From: Macrostomum lignano
Lineage: Eukaryota
DNA length: 64,000 nt
Assembly: GCA_002269645.1 (NCBI GenBank)
Contig: NIVC01001226.1
Span: forward strand, 1-64,000
Direction: 5' to 3'
Part shown: positions 48,095-61,855 of the stretch, in pieces
Layout of the letters: each line of letters begins with the position of its first letter
How positions within the stretch are numbered: position 1 is the first letter of the stretch
Translations under genes and position numbers: made by a program
The notes under the pieces: model-generated
Told to the model about the DNA's origin: nothing
The model's database searches: none
The model's input: only the letters and a program-made list of their open reading frames with translations

Positions 48095-49075
48095 GCGACA
48101 AGAGAATGGAAGGATAAGAAGATAAGAGAGGGATGCGAGAGGAAAGTAGAGAGGGATGAGAAAGGAGAGAAGAGAGAGATCAGAGAGGAAAGTAGAGAGG
48201 GGTTAGAGAGGAGAGAAGAGAGAGATCAGAGAGGAAAGTAGAGAGGGGTGAGAGAGGAGAGAATAGAGAGATGCGAGGGGAAAGTAGCGAGGGGTGAGAA
48301 AGGAGAGAAGAGAAGGGTGAGGGACATACATGCGCAACCTTGGGAATCACTCGGCCGTTTCTATTGGCAACACACACATGTAAGTCGCTATTGGCTAAGA
48401 GCAGTCACGTGACTACTATTCCGTCCAATAGCGACTTACATGTGTGTGTTGCCAATAGAAACGGCCGGGTGAATCCCTAGGTTGCGCCCAAGCATGGGGA
48501 GGGAGGAAAGTAGAGAGGGGTGAGAGAGGAGAGAAGAGAGAGATCAGAGAGGAAAGCAGAGAGGGGTGAGAGAGGAGAGAATAGAGAGATGCGAGTGGAA
48601 AATAGAGAGGGATGAGAAAGGAGAGAAGAGAGGGGTGAGGGAGGAAAGTAGAGAGGTGTGAGAAAGGAGGGAAGAGAGAGATGCGAGAAGAAAGTAGAGA
48701 GGGATGAGAAAGGAGAGAAGAGAGGGGTGAGGGAGGAAAGTAGAGAGGGGTGAGAGAGAAGAGAGAGATAAGAGAGGAAAGTAGAGAGGGGTGAGAGGAG
48801 GGAAGAGAGAGATGCGAGAGGAAAGTAGCGAGGGGTGAGAGAGGAGAGAAGAGGGATGAGGGGAGAGAAGAGAGGGGTGAGAGAGGAAAGTAGAGAGGGT
48901 GAGAGAGGAGGGAAGAGAGAGATGCGAGAGGAAAGTAGCGAGGGGTGAGAGAGGAGAGAAGAGAGGGATGAGAGTGGAAAGTAGCGAGGGGTGAGAGAGG
49001 AGAGAAGAGGGATGAGAGGAGAGGAGAGAAGTGAGAGATGAGACAAGAGGGGTGAGAGAAGAGAAGGAAGAGTAA
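48095..49075 (+). repeat. ~1-kb purine-rich (GA) degenerate tandem repeat
   Basis: GAGAGGAAAGTAGAGAGGGGTGAGAGAGGAGAGAAGAGAGAGAT-like units, almost all purines on the + strand. Confidence 0.92.
48325..48496. mobile_element. 172-bp fold-back MITE, same family as 26101-26272, opposite orientation
   Basis: CATACATGCGCAACCTTGGGAATCAC...GGTTGCGCCCAAGCATG, flanked by GTGAGGGA / GGGAGGGA (7 of 8 TSD bases match). Confidence 0.88.
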
Positions 49076-49684
49076 TATGTGCGGTCATTTCGGTTGCCAC
49101 TAAACTTGACCTGTAAATTCAGAGCAACGTTGCAAATAAACTTTGCAAACAAACAAGGTTGTAATGAAACAAGTTGATTAGCTTCATTTTCAACTCATTC
49201 CAGAACTAAAAAAGCATGTTTTACTGACCATAAGAACTAAGAAGAGTGCTGAGACGATTAAACAGAACATATTTGGCCCAGTAAAAAAAGCGAAACAAGT
49301 GTGTGCTACAAAGACAATTGACGGATATCAGAAAAAAAAGTTTTCAAAAATAACTACGACTGAAAGCTAACAAAGTATACAAACACACGAACAGGTCAAC
49401 TGACCGTAAAGTGAATATAAGATCAAAATGTTATGCTGCTTTACCAGCTAATTGAACTGCTAAAAATAAATAATAAATTGACTGAGACACAGAAGTCTAC
49501 AACTGGCCACTCAATACAAAGACTAGATTTCTTTTTCATTTGATTATAAATAAAATAGAAATAGAACTCCGTGTGTTTTAAATTTTCACTGGCGCACAGG
49601 AACATTATAATGACCTTTCTTGTAACTCATTTTGATGCTATCAGACTGGATTTCTGGGTTTGGAAATTGTGGATTGAGTCCTGT

Positions 49685-49948
49685 CTGAGGTGATGGGTCT
49701 GGATTGTGTCCCCAGTCTGAGGTGATGGGTCTGGATTGTGTCCCCAGTCTGAGGTGATAGGTCTGGATTGTGTCCCCAGTCTGAGGTGATGGGTCTGGAT
49801 TGTGTCCCCAGTCTGAGGTGATGGGTCTGGATTGTGTCCCCAGTCTGAGGTGATGGGTCTGGATTGTGTCCCCAGTCTGAGGTGATGGGTCTGGATTGTG
49901 TCCTCAGTCTGAGGTGATGGGTCTGGATTGTGTCCTCAGTCTGAGGTG
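49685..49948. repeat. ~32-bp minisatellite (CCCAGTCTGAGGTGATGGGTCTGGATTGTGTC)
   Basis: About 8 tandem units. Confidence 0.93.
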
Positions 49949-50499
49949 TAAAACACGAACGAGAGCCACGTCAGCCATACGTAACTAGCATGACGCAATC
50001 GCAGATATTACTGGCAAGTAGTCTAAAATAGGATTTAAAAAAGCAAATTTTGATAAAAATATTATCAAGAAAAAACAAAAAATAACCACTAAGACAGACC
50101 ATGAACTGTGGGTCCTTATTAAGATCAACAGATGTCCATTGAATTTGAACATGCTAAGAACAAACTCCTTTACTAAAAACAAAACTAAGACTGAAAGTAC
50201 TTATTAGTAGTGTGTAAAGGAAAACAAGGCCGAAAAACAACAAAGTGAATTCTAAAAAATAATAGCATCAATTTAAATAACATAACTAAGCACGGTTGTG
50301 CTATCATGATTTCAAGGTTTTATCACAGACTAAAATTATTCACAAAATTTATCAATTAAACGAGCCGGCCACAATAGTTATTACACAATACATCTAGAAA
50401 ATGATTTTTTCATTACACACTTTATTACACAATTATGTACTAAAGGCTATGTCATTATACAAATTTGATTACACATTAACTAGCAAAGGGATATTTCTT

Positions 50500-51050
50500 T
50501 ACAAAATTCTACTCGTAATTACACATTACTTAGTTAATAAGAGTGTATTTCATTACACAATTCTAATTACACATTACCCAGTAAGAGTGTATTTCATTAC
50601 ACAATTCTAATCACACATTACCCAGTAAGAGTGTATTTCATTACACAATTCTAATTACACATTACCCAGTAAGAGTGTATTTCATTACACAATTCTAATT
50701 ACACATTACCCAGTAAGAGTGTATTTCATTACACAATTCTAATTACACATTACCCAGTAAGAGTGTATTTCATTACACAATTCTAATTACACATTACCCA
50801 GTAAGAGTGTATTTCATTACACAATTCTAATTACACATTACCCAGTAAGAGTGTATTTCATTACACAATTCTAATAACACATTACCCAGTAAGAGTGTAT
50901 TTAATTACACAATTCTAATTACACATTACCCAGTAAGAGTGTATTTCATTACACAATTCTAATCACACATTACCCAGTAAGAGTGTATTTCATTACACAA
51001 TTCTAATAACACATTACCCAGTAAGAGTGTATTTAATTACACAATTCTGA
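50500..51050. repeat. ~44-bp minisatellite (ATTACACATTACCCAGTAAGAGTGTATTTCATTACACAATTCTA)
   Basis: About 12 tandem units immediately downstream of the kinase stop codon. Confidence 0.93.
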
Positions 51051-51107
51051 ATTCTACAAAGGTAACAACAGGAAAAAATAGACAGATCTCAGACACACAA
51101 GAATCAA

Positions 51108-54100
51108 TCAATCTGCATCGCCAGTGGAAGCTGTAGCCGCAGAGAAGTTGAACGCGGAACCAGAAATTATGTTAATAACTTGGCCGGTCTCGTCAGTGAG
51201 GGCGATAGCAGGTGACAGCGGATTCTGCTGCTGTTGCTGGGCAGAGCTGCTGGTCAGAGAGCCAGCTCGGAGTTTAGCATTTAAAGATTCGATAGCCGCT
51301 AAGTCTTCCTCTTCCGATTCAGAATGGGTTGGATGCCTCGGTCGCGGCAGAGGCGGCAGCGACTGCTGCTGCATGATGAGCGGCGGCGGAGGCGGCGGCG
51401 GACTGTGCGACACCTGCTGCTGCTGCTGCTGTCTCTGCTGCGAAGAAGGCGATTCAGAGCGGGCAAATTCGTGCAGAAATGCGGAACCACCTCTAGACAG
51501 ATGAAACAGCAGCCCTGGGGAGCCTTCGCTACGACGCCGGGATCCGGTACCGACGCTGGCGGCACCGACGCCCGACGAGCTACCGACGCCGCAGCCGCCG
51601 CCGACGAGGCAGCCGCCACCAACGTGGCTGGTATAGTGCAGCTTGTCCACCGCGCCGGAGCGGGTAGCGCAGCTGCCGCGCTCCTTGTAGCTGCCGTGTC
51701 GGCGGAATGGCCCAGCTGGGGGTAAAGCGGCGGCCAGACAGACGTGATGCAAGAATGCTGCCAATGACTTGGCTCAAGTATCTAATGACCAGGCTCAGGT
51801 GCTCATCTAATGACCTGGCTCAAGTATCTAATGACCTGGCTCAGGTGCTCATCTAATGACCTGGCTCAGGTAGCTAATGACCTGGTTCATGTGCTCATCT
51901 AAGGACCTGGTTCATGTGATCATCTAATGACCTGGCTCAGGTGCTCATCTAATGACCTGGCTCAAGTATCTAATGACCAGGCTCAGGTGCTCATCTAATG
52001 ACCTGGCTCAGGTAGCTAATGACCTGGTTCATGTGCTCATCTAATGACCTGGCTCAGGTAGCTAATGACCTGGTTCATGTGCTCATCTAATGACCTGGCT
52101 CAGGTGCTCATCTAATGATCTGGCTCAGGTAGCTAATGACCTGGTTCATGTGATCATCTAATGACCTGGCTCAGGTGCTCATCTAATGACCTGGCTCAAG
52201 TATCTAATGAACAGGCTCAGGTGCTTATCTAATGACCTGGCTCAGGTAGCTAATGACCTGGTTCATGTGCTCATCTAATGACCTGGCTCAGGTAGCTAAT
52301 GACCTGGTTCATGTGCTTATCTAAGGACCTGGTTCATGTGATCATCTAATGACCTGGCTCAGGTGCTCATCTAATGACCTGGCTCAGGTGCTCATCTAAT
52401 GACCTGACTCAAGTATCTAATGACAGGCTCAGGTGCTCATCTAACGACCTGGCTCAGGTAGCTAATGACCTGGTTCATGTGCTCATCTAATGACCTGGCT
52501 CAGGTAGCTAATGACCTGGTTCATGTGCTCATCTAATGACCTGGCTCAGGTGCTCATCTAATGACCAGGCTCAGGTAGCTAATGACCTGGCTCAGGTAGC
52601 TAATGACCTGGCTCAGGTAGCTAATGACCTAGTTCATGTGCTCATCTAAGGACCTGGTTTATGTGCTCATCTAATGACCTGGCTCAGGTAGCTAATGACC
52701 TGGCTTAGGTAGCTAATGACCTGGTTCATGTGCTCATCTAAGGACCTGGTTCATGTGCTCATCTAATGACCAGGCTCAGGTGCTAATCTAATAACCAGGC
52801 TCAGGTGCTCATCTAATGACCTGGCTCAGGTAGCTAATGACCTGGCTCATGTATCTAATGACCTGGTTCAGGTGCTCATCTAATGACCTGGTTCATGTAT
52901 CTAATGACCTGGCTCATGTGCTCATCTAATGACCTGGTTCATGTATCTAATGACCTGGCTCATGTGCTCATCTAATGACCTGGTTCATGTATCTAATGAC
53001 CTGGCTCAAGTGCTCATCTAATTACCTGGTTTATGTATCTAATGACCTGGCTAAAGTGCTCATCTAATTACCTGGTTCATGTATCTAATGACCTGTTTCA
53101 TGTGCTCATCTAATGATCTGACTCATGTATCTAATGACCAGGCTCGGGTGCTCATTTAATGACATGGCTCAGGTAGTTGAACCAGAGAAGCCTGCCTGAG
53201 AACCCACCACAGTCCATATTGAGCACCCCAAAACGACTCACCAGAGCTGCCGCCGCCGGCGGTGCTGGCGCTGAGCCTCCGTCTGGAGCTGGGCGCCGCG
53301 CTCTTTGGACTAGACGACGCGCTGCGAATTTTCGACGGCGGCGAATGCGGATGCGACGACGTCGATGACGAAGTTGACGAAGCTGGAATAACGGAGGCGC
53401 CAACAGGCGCGCCCGGCGCTGCAACGGCGCCAGAAGCGGCCACAGAGCAGCTGGGACTGGCCAGACCAGGCGACCCGCGCTGACTCAGGTAGGCAGAATC
53501 CTCCGGGCAGCTGTTGCCGCGACTGGCGCCATCGCTGATGCCGCCTCGTCTGGCGGCTCCGTCCGACGCGCGCCTTGGGAACTGCGGCGCCGTCTGCACC
53601 ATATAATCTGGCGGCGCCAATAAGTTCGGATCTTTCACAGTGAAACAGGCAATGGGTTGGTGCAGATTTGGCGGCAGATTAGCTAGTAGATTCAGTTGCG
53701 GCAGATTGTTCAGCCAGGCAGGGTCTGGGCGACTCTCGACTGCTGCTGCTGTTGCTGTCGCTGCTGCTTCTGCAGGCTCCTCAACCAAGTCACTACTCTC
53801 ATAATCGTCATCCATCATCATCATCATCATCGGAGCAGTGTCGCTGGCGCCGACAGCAGACAGGGTGTGCCGACGAAGGTTCAGCTGGGTACGGCGATAG
53901 AATTCCAGTTGACTGAGTTCAGCGTCGGTGACTGCAGTTGTAGTGGCAGCCGCTTGAGCGTCTCGACGTTCCAGCTTGTCAACGGCGATTCTATAAGCGG
54001 CACCTAGCGAGTTATAGTGGCCGCGCTGTACCGCCTCGGCCACCTGCGGCGAGGAGAGTTGACTTGGCGAGTCAATTATGTTTAGCTAGATGATAGATCT

Positions 54101-57100
54101 TAGGGTAAACTGCTGAGATCTTGGAGTAACTATAACTTAATTTGCCTCGTCAGCTAATTAGCTCGTCAAAAACCTTGTCAATTTTACCTCGTCAATTTTT
54201 CAGTTAAAACCCTCAATTAGAAAATCACAGATCCCATATTAAAAAATCACAGATCCCATATTAGAAAGTCACAGATCCCATATTAGAAAATCACAGATCC
54301 CACATTAGAAAATCACAGATCCCACATTAGAAAATCACAGATCCCACATTAGAAAATCACAGATCCCACATTAGAAAATCACAGATCCCATATTAGAAAA
54401 TCACAGACCCTACATTAGAAAATCACAGATCCCACATTAGAAAATCACAGATCCCACATTAGAAAATCACAGATCCCACATTAGAAAATCACAGATCCCA
54501 CATTAGAAAGTCGCAGCCATGTGCCATGTCTTGCATACCTGACTTGCATCATATCCGAAGTTGTCGCTGAGCAGGCTGAGCACAGCGGGGTCCAGTTCCT
54601 CAGCCTCCGGCGCCGCCGCGGCCGGCTTAGTGCTGGCATAGTGCTGCATCAGCTCAGCATAAGCCGGCCAGTTCGGACTGGACCGCATCCAAGAAGAGCA
54701 GCACACCTGCTCAATGCTGCACCGTTTGACGGGATCGGAGTTCAGCATCCAACGGATCAAGGATTCGCAGCTGTGCGACAGATAGAATGGGAAGCGGACT
54801 AAGCCGCGCATGACGCTGGCCTTAATGGTGCCCAGGTGCTCCCCGCAGAAGGGGAACGAGCCGCACACCAGCACGTAGAGAATGACGCCCAGACTCTGTT
54901 GAAAGTGACGGTTTGTATGGGACTGCTATATCTAACACACAGATCCTATATCTAACAGATCCTATATCTAACACACAGATCCCATATCTAACACACAGAT
55001 TCTATATCTAACACACAGATCCTATATCTAACACACAGATCCTATATCTAACACACAGATCCCATATTTAACACACAGATCCTATATCTAACACACAGAT
55101 CCCATATCTAACACACAGATCCCATATCTAACACACAGATTCTATATCTAACACACAGATCCTATATCTAACACACAGATCCTATATCTAACACACAGAT
55201 CCCATATTTAACACACAGATCCTATATCTAACACACAGATCCCATATCTAACACACAGATCCCATATCTAACACACAGATCCCATATCTAACACACAGAT
55301 CCTATATCTAACACACAGATCCTATATCTAACACACAGATCCTATATCTAACACACAGATCCCATATCTAACACACAGATCCTATATCTAACACACAGAT
55401 CCCATATCTAACACACAGATCCCATATCTAACACACAGATCCTATATCTAGCACACAGATCCTATATCTAACACACAGTTCCTATATCTAACACACAGAT
55501 CCCATATCTAACACACAGATCCCATATCTAACACACAGATCCCATATCTAACACACAGATCCCATATCTAACACACAGATCCTATATCTAACAGAGAGAT
55601 CCTATATCTAACACACAGATCCCATATCTAACATACACATCCAATATCTAACACACAGATCCTATATCTCACACACAGATCCTATATCTAACACACAGAT
55701 CCTATATCTAACACACAGATCCTAGATCTAACACACAGATCCCATATCTAACACACAGATCCCATATCTAACACACAGATCCCATATCTAACACACAGAT
55801 CCCATATCTAACACACAGATCCTATATCTCACACACAGATCCTATATCTAACACACAGATCCCATATCTAACACACAGATCCCATATCTAACACACAGAT
55901 CCTAGATCTAACACACAGATCCTATATCTAACACACAGATCCCATATCTAACACACATATCCTATATCTAACACACAGATCCTATATCTAACACACAGAT
56001 CCTAGATCTAACACACAGATCCTATATCTAACACACAGATCCTATATCTAACATACACATCCAATATCTAACACACAGATCCTATATCTCACACACAGAT
56101 CCTATATCTAACACACAGATCCTAGATCTAACACACAGATCCTATATCTAACACACAGATCCCATATCTAAAACACATATCCTATATCTAACACACAGAT
56201 CCTATATCTAACACACAGATCCTATATCTAACAGAGAGATTCTATATCTAACACACAGATCCCATATCTAACACACAGATCCTATATCTAACACACAGAT
56301 CCTAGATCTAACACACAGATCCTATATCTAACAGAGAGATCCTATATCTAACACACAGATCCCATATCTAGCACACAGATCCCATATCTAACACACAGAT
56401 CCTAGATCTAACACACAGATCCTATATCTAACACACAGATCCCATATCTAACACACATATCCTATATCTAACACACAGATCCTATATCTAACACAAAGAT
56501 CCTATATCTAACACACAGATTCCATATCTAACATACACATCCCATATCTAACACACAGATCCTATATATAACACAGATCCCATATCTAACATACACATCC
56601 AATATCTAACACACAAATCCCATATATAACACACAGATCCCATATCTAACACACAGATCCCATATTTAACACACAGATCCCATATCTAACACACATATCC
56701 TATATCTAACACACAGATCCTATATCTAACACAAAGATCCCATATCTAACACACAGATCCCATATCTAACACACAGATCCCATATCTAACACACAGATCC
56801 TATATATAACACAGATCCCATACCTAACATACACATCCAATATCTAACACACAGATCCCATATATAACACACAGATCCCATATCTAACACACAGATCCCA
56901 TATTTAACACACAGATCCCATATCTAACACACATATCCTATATCTAACACACAGATCCCATATCTAACACACAGATCCTATATCTAACACAAAGATCCTA
57001 TATCTAACACACAGATCCCATATCTAACACACAGATCCCATATCTAACAGAGAGATCCTATATCTAACACACAGATCCTATATATAACACAGATCCCATA

Positions 57101-59288
57101 TCTAACATACAAATCCAATATCTAACACACAGATCCCATATATAACACACAGATCCTATATCTAACACACAGATCCTATATCTAACACACAGATCCCATA
57201 TCTAACACACAGATCCTATATCTAACACAAAGATCCTATATCTAACACACAGATCCCATATCTAACACACAGATCCCATATCTAACAGAGAGATCCTATA
57301 TCTAACACACAGATCCTATATATAACACAGATCCCATATCTAACACACAGATCCCATATCTAACACACAGATCCTATATCTAACACAAAGATCCTATATC
57401 TAACACACAGATCCCATATCTAACACACAGATCCCATATTTAACACACAGATCCTATATCTAACACACAGATCCCATATCTAACACACAGATCCCATATC
57501 TAACATACAAATCCAATATCTAACATACAGATCCCATATATAACACACAGATCCCATATCTAACACACAGATCCTATATATAACACACAGATCCCATATC
57601 TAACACACAGATCCCATATCTAACAGAGAGATTGTTAAAACTTACCCAAACGTCCACTTTAATCCCATCGTAAGCCTCTCCTTTGAACAGTTCTGGACTG
57701 GCGTACTGGGGCGAGCCGCAATGCGTATTTAACAGCTCGTTAGGTTGCATCACGTTGCAGAAACCAAAGTCTACTAGCTTAACGCAGCCTCGATAATCCA
57801 ATAGAAGATTTTCGGCCTTCAAATCTCGATGAGCAATACGCCTGTGATGGCAGTAAGACACTGCGCAGACTGTTTGCCAGAATATCTCTCTGGCTTCGGT
57901 CTCAGGTAGGTGTTTGACACGTGTGATGTAGTCTGACAGTGCAAATCAAGGATATTATTAAATAGTATGGCTTTATGTATGACCTCAGTTTGGTTTATGT
58001 ATGACCTCAGATGGGTTTATGTACAATCTTAGATGGGTTCATGACTTATGTTTGACCTGAGACACTTTTGGTATGTACTTCATGACCCCAGTTCAGATGA
58101 CAATAAAGATTAACAATAAAGATAGTACCTAGCGAAGATATTCTCAAAAAAGGCAACTCACCGAAAACTTCGCCTTTAGAAGCGAACTCCATCACTAGGC
58201 AGACCTGAGTAGCCGTTTCAATAACTTCGTACAGTCTAATAATATAGGGATGACGCAGGCATTTCATGGCTTCGATTTCGCGGTAAACTTTTATTAGATT
58301 ATTGTCGCCGATAAGGTCTTTGTCCATGATCTTGATTGCCACCTGGTTAAAATTGATGCATTCAATGCATTCAATAGTTAGGGCTAATAAAGCTCAAATA
58401 TTCATCCGCTCTACATCAGATCCTTCACTTCCCCATCAGATCCTTCACTTCCCCATCAGATCCTTCACTTCCCTACCAGACCCTTCACTACCCCATCAGA
58501 TCCTTCAATTCGCTATCAGATCCTTCACTTCCCCATCATATCCATCACTTCCCCATCAGATCCTTCAATTCGCTATCAGATCCTTCACTTCCCCATCATA
58601 TCCATCACTTCCCCATCATATCCATCACTTCCCCATCATACCCATCACTTCCCCATCAGATCCTTCACTTCCCCATCAGAACCTTCACTTCCCCATCATA
58701 TCCATCACTTCCCCATCAGATCCTTCAATTCGCTATCAGATCCTTCACTTCCCCATCATATCCATCACTTCCCCATCATATCCATCACTTCCCCATCATA
58801 CCCATCACTTCGTCATCAGATCCTTCACTTCCCCATCAGAACCTTCACTTCCCCATCATATCCATCACTTCCCCATCAGATCCTTCACTTCCCCATCAGA
58901 CCTTCTATTTCTTTATTGCAATCATTTCCAAATTCCAAAAGCTTCCAAATTTCCAAAAGCTTACCCTAGTCTTCAACACGGTGTGATATCCCAGTTTAAC
59001 CAGGGCAAAAGTTCCTTTGCCAATAGTTTCCATCAGCTGATAGGATCCGAGACGTTTACCGCCAGTAGCTGAGACTAAGCTGGCAGTGGCACCACCATCA
59101 GCTGTCCCAGCATCTTTCAGACCGCCACCTTTAGACTGATGATGGTGGTGGGCTAAGCTATCTAGATCGACAGTACCAAAACTATTTTCTAATAGTTCAA
59201 CATCTGTAGCACTATCGGAACTGGTGCCAGTTGTACCCACTGACTGCATGGTAACATTGGACTCTGTACTGGACTGACGAGACTCCAT
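51108..59288 (-). CDS. SIK: Salt-inducible kinase (SIK, AMPK-related Ser/Thr kinase), 866 aa; exons 59288-58965, 58342-58162, 57932-57646, 54895-54539, 54043-53242, 51757-51108
   Basis: Kinase motifs IGKGTFALVK, VAIKIMDK, KVYREI, HRDLKAENLLLD, DFGF, THCGSPQYASPE and WSLGVILYVLVCG (SIK-type rather than MARK LYTLVSG), then a UBA-like segment and SIK-type RRHTL and RRASDG motifs. All GT-AG phases match, totalling 2601 nt. Confidence 0.92.
51765..53170. repeat. 21-25-bp compound minisatellite (CTAATGACCTGGCTCAGGTGCTCAT / ..GGTAG / ..GGTTCATGT) in SIK intron 5
   Basis: Direct tandem repeat with alternating variants. Confidence 0.95.
54225..54510. repeat. 22-bp minisatellite (ATTAGAAAATCACAGATCCCAC) in SIK intron 4
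   Basis: About 13 units. Confidence 0.95.
54925..57630. repeat. 20-bp minisatellite (ATATCTAACACACAGATCC[C/T]), ~2.7 kb, filling SIK intron 3
   Basis: Direct tandem repeat. Confidence 0.98.
58415..58905. repeat. 20-bp minisatellite (TCCTTCACTTCCCCATCAGA) in SIK intron 1
   Basis: Direct tandem repeat; it produces the spurious ORF 58302-59072. Confidence 0.95.
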
Positions 59289-61855
59289 AGTTTCTGATTG
59301 GACTTTGCTAATAACAGTCTATAAAAAGCCAAGGCTTTAAACCAGCCTCATATTGGGCTGGCCAATTGACAACAATCATGAGATGGAATTATGTGTTTTT
59401 TATATCAAACAAGTTCCTAACAAGTTGAAATCAAAAAAATAGTTGCAACATTGAAAATATGGCATTTGTGCCAGTTTGACTATGAGTTTTCAATTTGTAA
59501 TTCAAACATTAATATAGCTTTAATAAACTTTTAAATTTTAACTAAAATAGCCAATTCTTTTAAATTAACTATATTAATGGCAATCTCAATCAGCAAGGAG
59601 CAAAACTTATTCATGCAAATTCATTCAAAAAGCACATTTTCTTAAGAACCAATTCTCTCTTGTTCAACCTTTTTGCATGATTAGCGAAAAAGTAAAAATT
59701 TGTTAAGCTCAAAAAATTTCAATTTCGATTTCAATTTTGATTTTAATTCTAAGGAACCAAAAATTTCAATTTCGATTTTGATTTGAAAAATAATTTCAAT
59801 CCATCACTACACTTGGCACACAAAATTTTTGAAAGGGTCTTCTGGCGTACACCTTGGTATATATACAATTAACGCACCCTGTGTGGCGCACATGCATGGC
59901 GCACACTGAAGGAGGCTGCACCACGGCTACTATGAAAGACAAAATCAAAGAATGTAAAGTATGTAACCCAGTAAAGAAGTAATGTGTTGCATGAAATTTT
60001 GCACAAAGTTTAATATTAATTTTGCAAATATATTGTTATAACAATTGACAACTGTTGCTTCATTTAAAATCTTCTCTAAATTTTGTTTTATTCTCCTTTT
60101 TATTCCTTATTTTTTAAATTAAAAACATAAATCTTCAAATCTTCAATTTATAATCTTTACTTGCAATTACACAAAATGTTACAACTTACAATATATTGTG
60201 ATTTTGTGTTTATTGCACATTTTTTTACATTAGGATTAGGATTTAGGACTGGCATACCTGGCGCACTTGTGCATTTTGCCTGGCGTACCTGGTGCACAAC
60301 AAAAATTTTTCAGGGTGGCTTCCGGCACACACATAGCATGATCCTGACTTTGGTCTCAGTGCACCCGGCCTAGGTGTGCAGTGCACCCATTATTTTTTAG
60401 GAGTAATGTATGCCAACTGTGCACACCTAAATTTTGGCATGCAAAGCTTACACTGCCAATACATGCCCCAATTTTTGGGTGTATATTACATGATCTGGAA
60501 TGTTGTTAGATAATTTAGGCCTATGCAAAAATATTTAAATAAGTTTTTTTTAATAAATTAGGGCTACTTTAGAATATACATACATAAAATAAAAAGCAAA
60601 TGCAATTGTAAAATAGAAAAAACCTTGACATAAAGAAATAAATTCTATAAATATATCGGGAGATATAATATAATTAAGACAGGGGATAGGCCTAATATTA
60701 AACAACTATAGTGTAGTCTATATTATTTTTTTCATAAGTCTAAGAAAATGGTACATTAAAAACTGTGATAGAAATACTGTGATTTATTAAACTACTAACT
60801 ACTAGACATGATAGCAATCCAATTGGATGGTAGGCCTATCTGTACCAGATGATGCATCACAAAGTAAAAATAAATTTGAATACACTGAATAGTGAATTTT
60901 GAATAACCTTCGATCTTTGCGGTAAACATTAACTTCGACGAAAGTCCTAAATTTGAGTTGTATTTTTAAGTAAATACCATTTCAACATACATAAAATTTT
61001 ACGAAATAACTTTATGTTGAGGTAGTAAAAAATAATTATAACGACACATTCGTCAAGCATTTTTACAATAGTTTTGGTAAATTAGTTAAGCTACGCCATA
61101 TGATTTTAAGCCGCCAAAAATTTAAACTTTCCTTTAATTTTGCAGGCCAAATTGGGAGCTAATCGAGTCATCGAGAGCTTTAAATTTGACACTTGCACAC
61201 TATTGGACCTGGAAACGCTATATTGCAGGTTGGAATCTCTTCAACATACAGTTCGAGAAGCAACCGCTTCTGTATACTACAGCTGCAGGGAGCAGACAAA
61301 GTGAATGATCAGAAAATAGTTCTCAACCAAACGATGCTGATCGAGATCGAAGGAATTATATTACTGGTGCTAATCGGGAAGTGATGCTGAGTGGGGGGTG
61401 GACGCTAAAAAGGGGAATGGTTGATGCTGAGGTCGAGAGAGATTACTGCAGAGGGGGGAATACACAGCTGTATATGATGCTGAGGGGTATCGAGGTGTTT
61501 TATATCTGCGGATGCCAAATATGCTCTCAGAGCGCGCTGATTTTATTCACTCTTGCCCATTAATTTTTCTGCAATAGAGTACTATTGTGCAGCTCCCGCC
61601 GATCGACACATAATGATCAAATACAGCTAACACATGCACACTACTACAGATTATCATCATCGCATAATGTGCATGTATTTTGTCTCACAGTTTGGAAAAA
61701 CCCCAGTTGGTAAGCCTTTATTGGTTTTGATCAGCACATTACTTGAATTTTCGAATCCGTTTGTCATATATAGTTTTCGTAAGTTAATTTATAGTTACGT
61801 ACGAAAACTTCAATCTTTGATAAGATGTGGGCTTGAATATGTGGGTTAAATATTA

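Noticed and set aside
48477-49152. 200-aa Ser/Leu/Pro ORFs on the minus strand
   Set aside because: They are readings of the CT-rich repeat and have no domain signal.
58302-59072. 256-aa plus-strand ORF
   Set aside because: It is antisense to SIK exons and mostly the 20-bp intronic repeat.
54539-59288. MARK/PAR-1 identity for the kinase
   Set aside because: LYVLVCG, RRHTL and RRASD motifs and the absence of a recognisable C-terminal KA1 domain favour SIK.
59700-60480. Clustered GGCGCAC/GCAC motifs and AATTTCAATTTCGATT duplications suggesting a DNA transposon
   Set aside because: No TIR pair or TSD could be identified.
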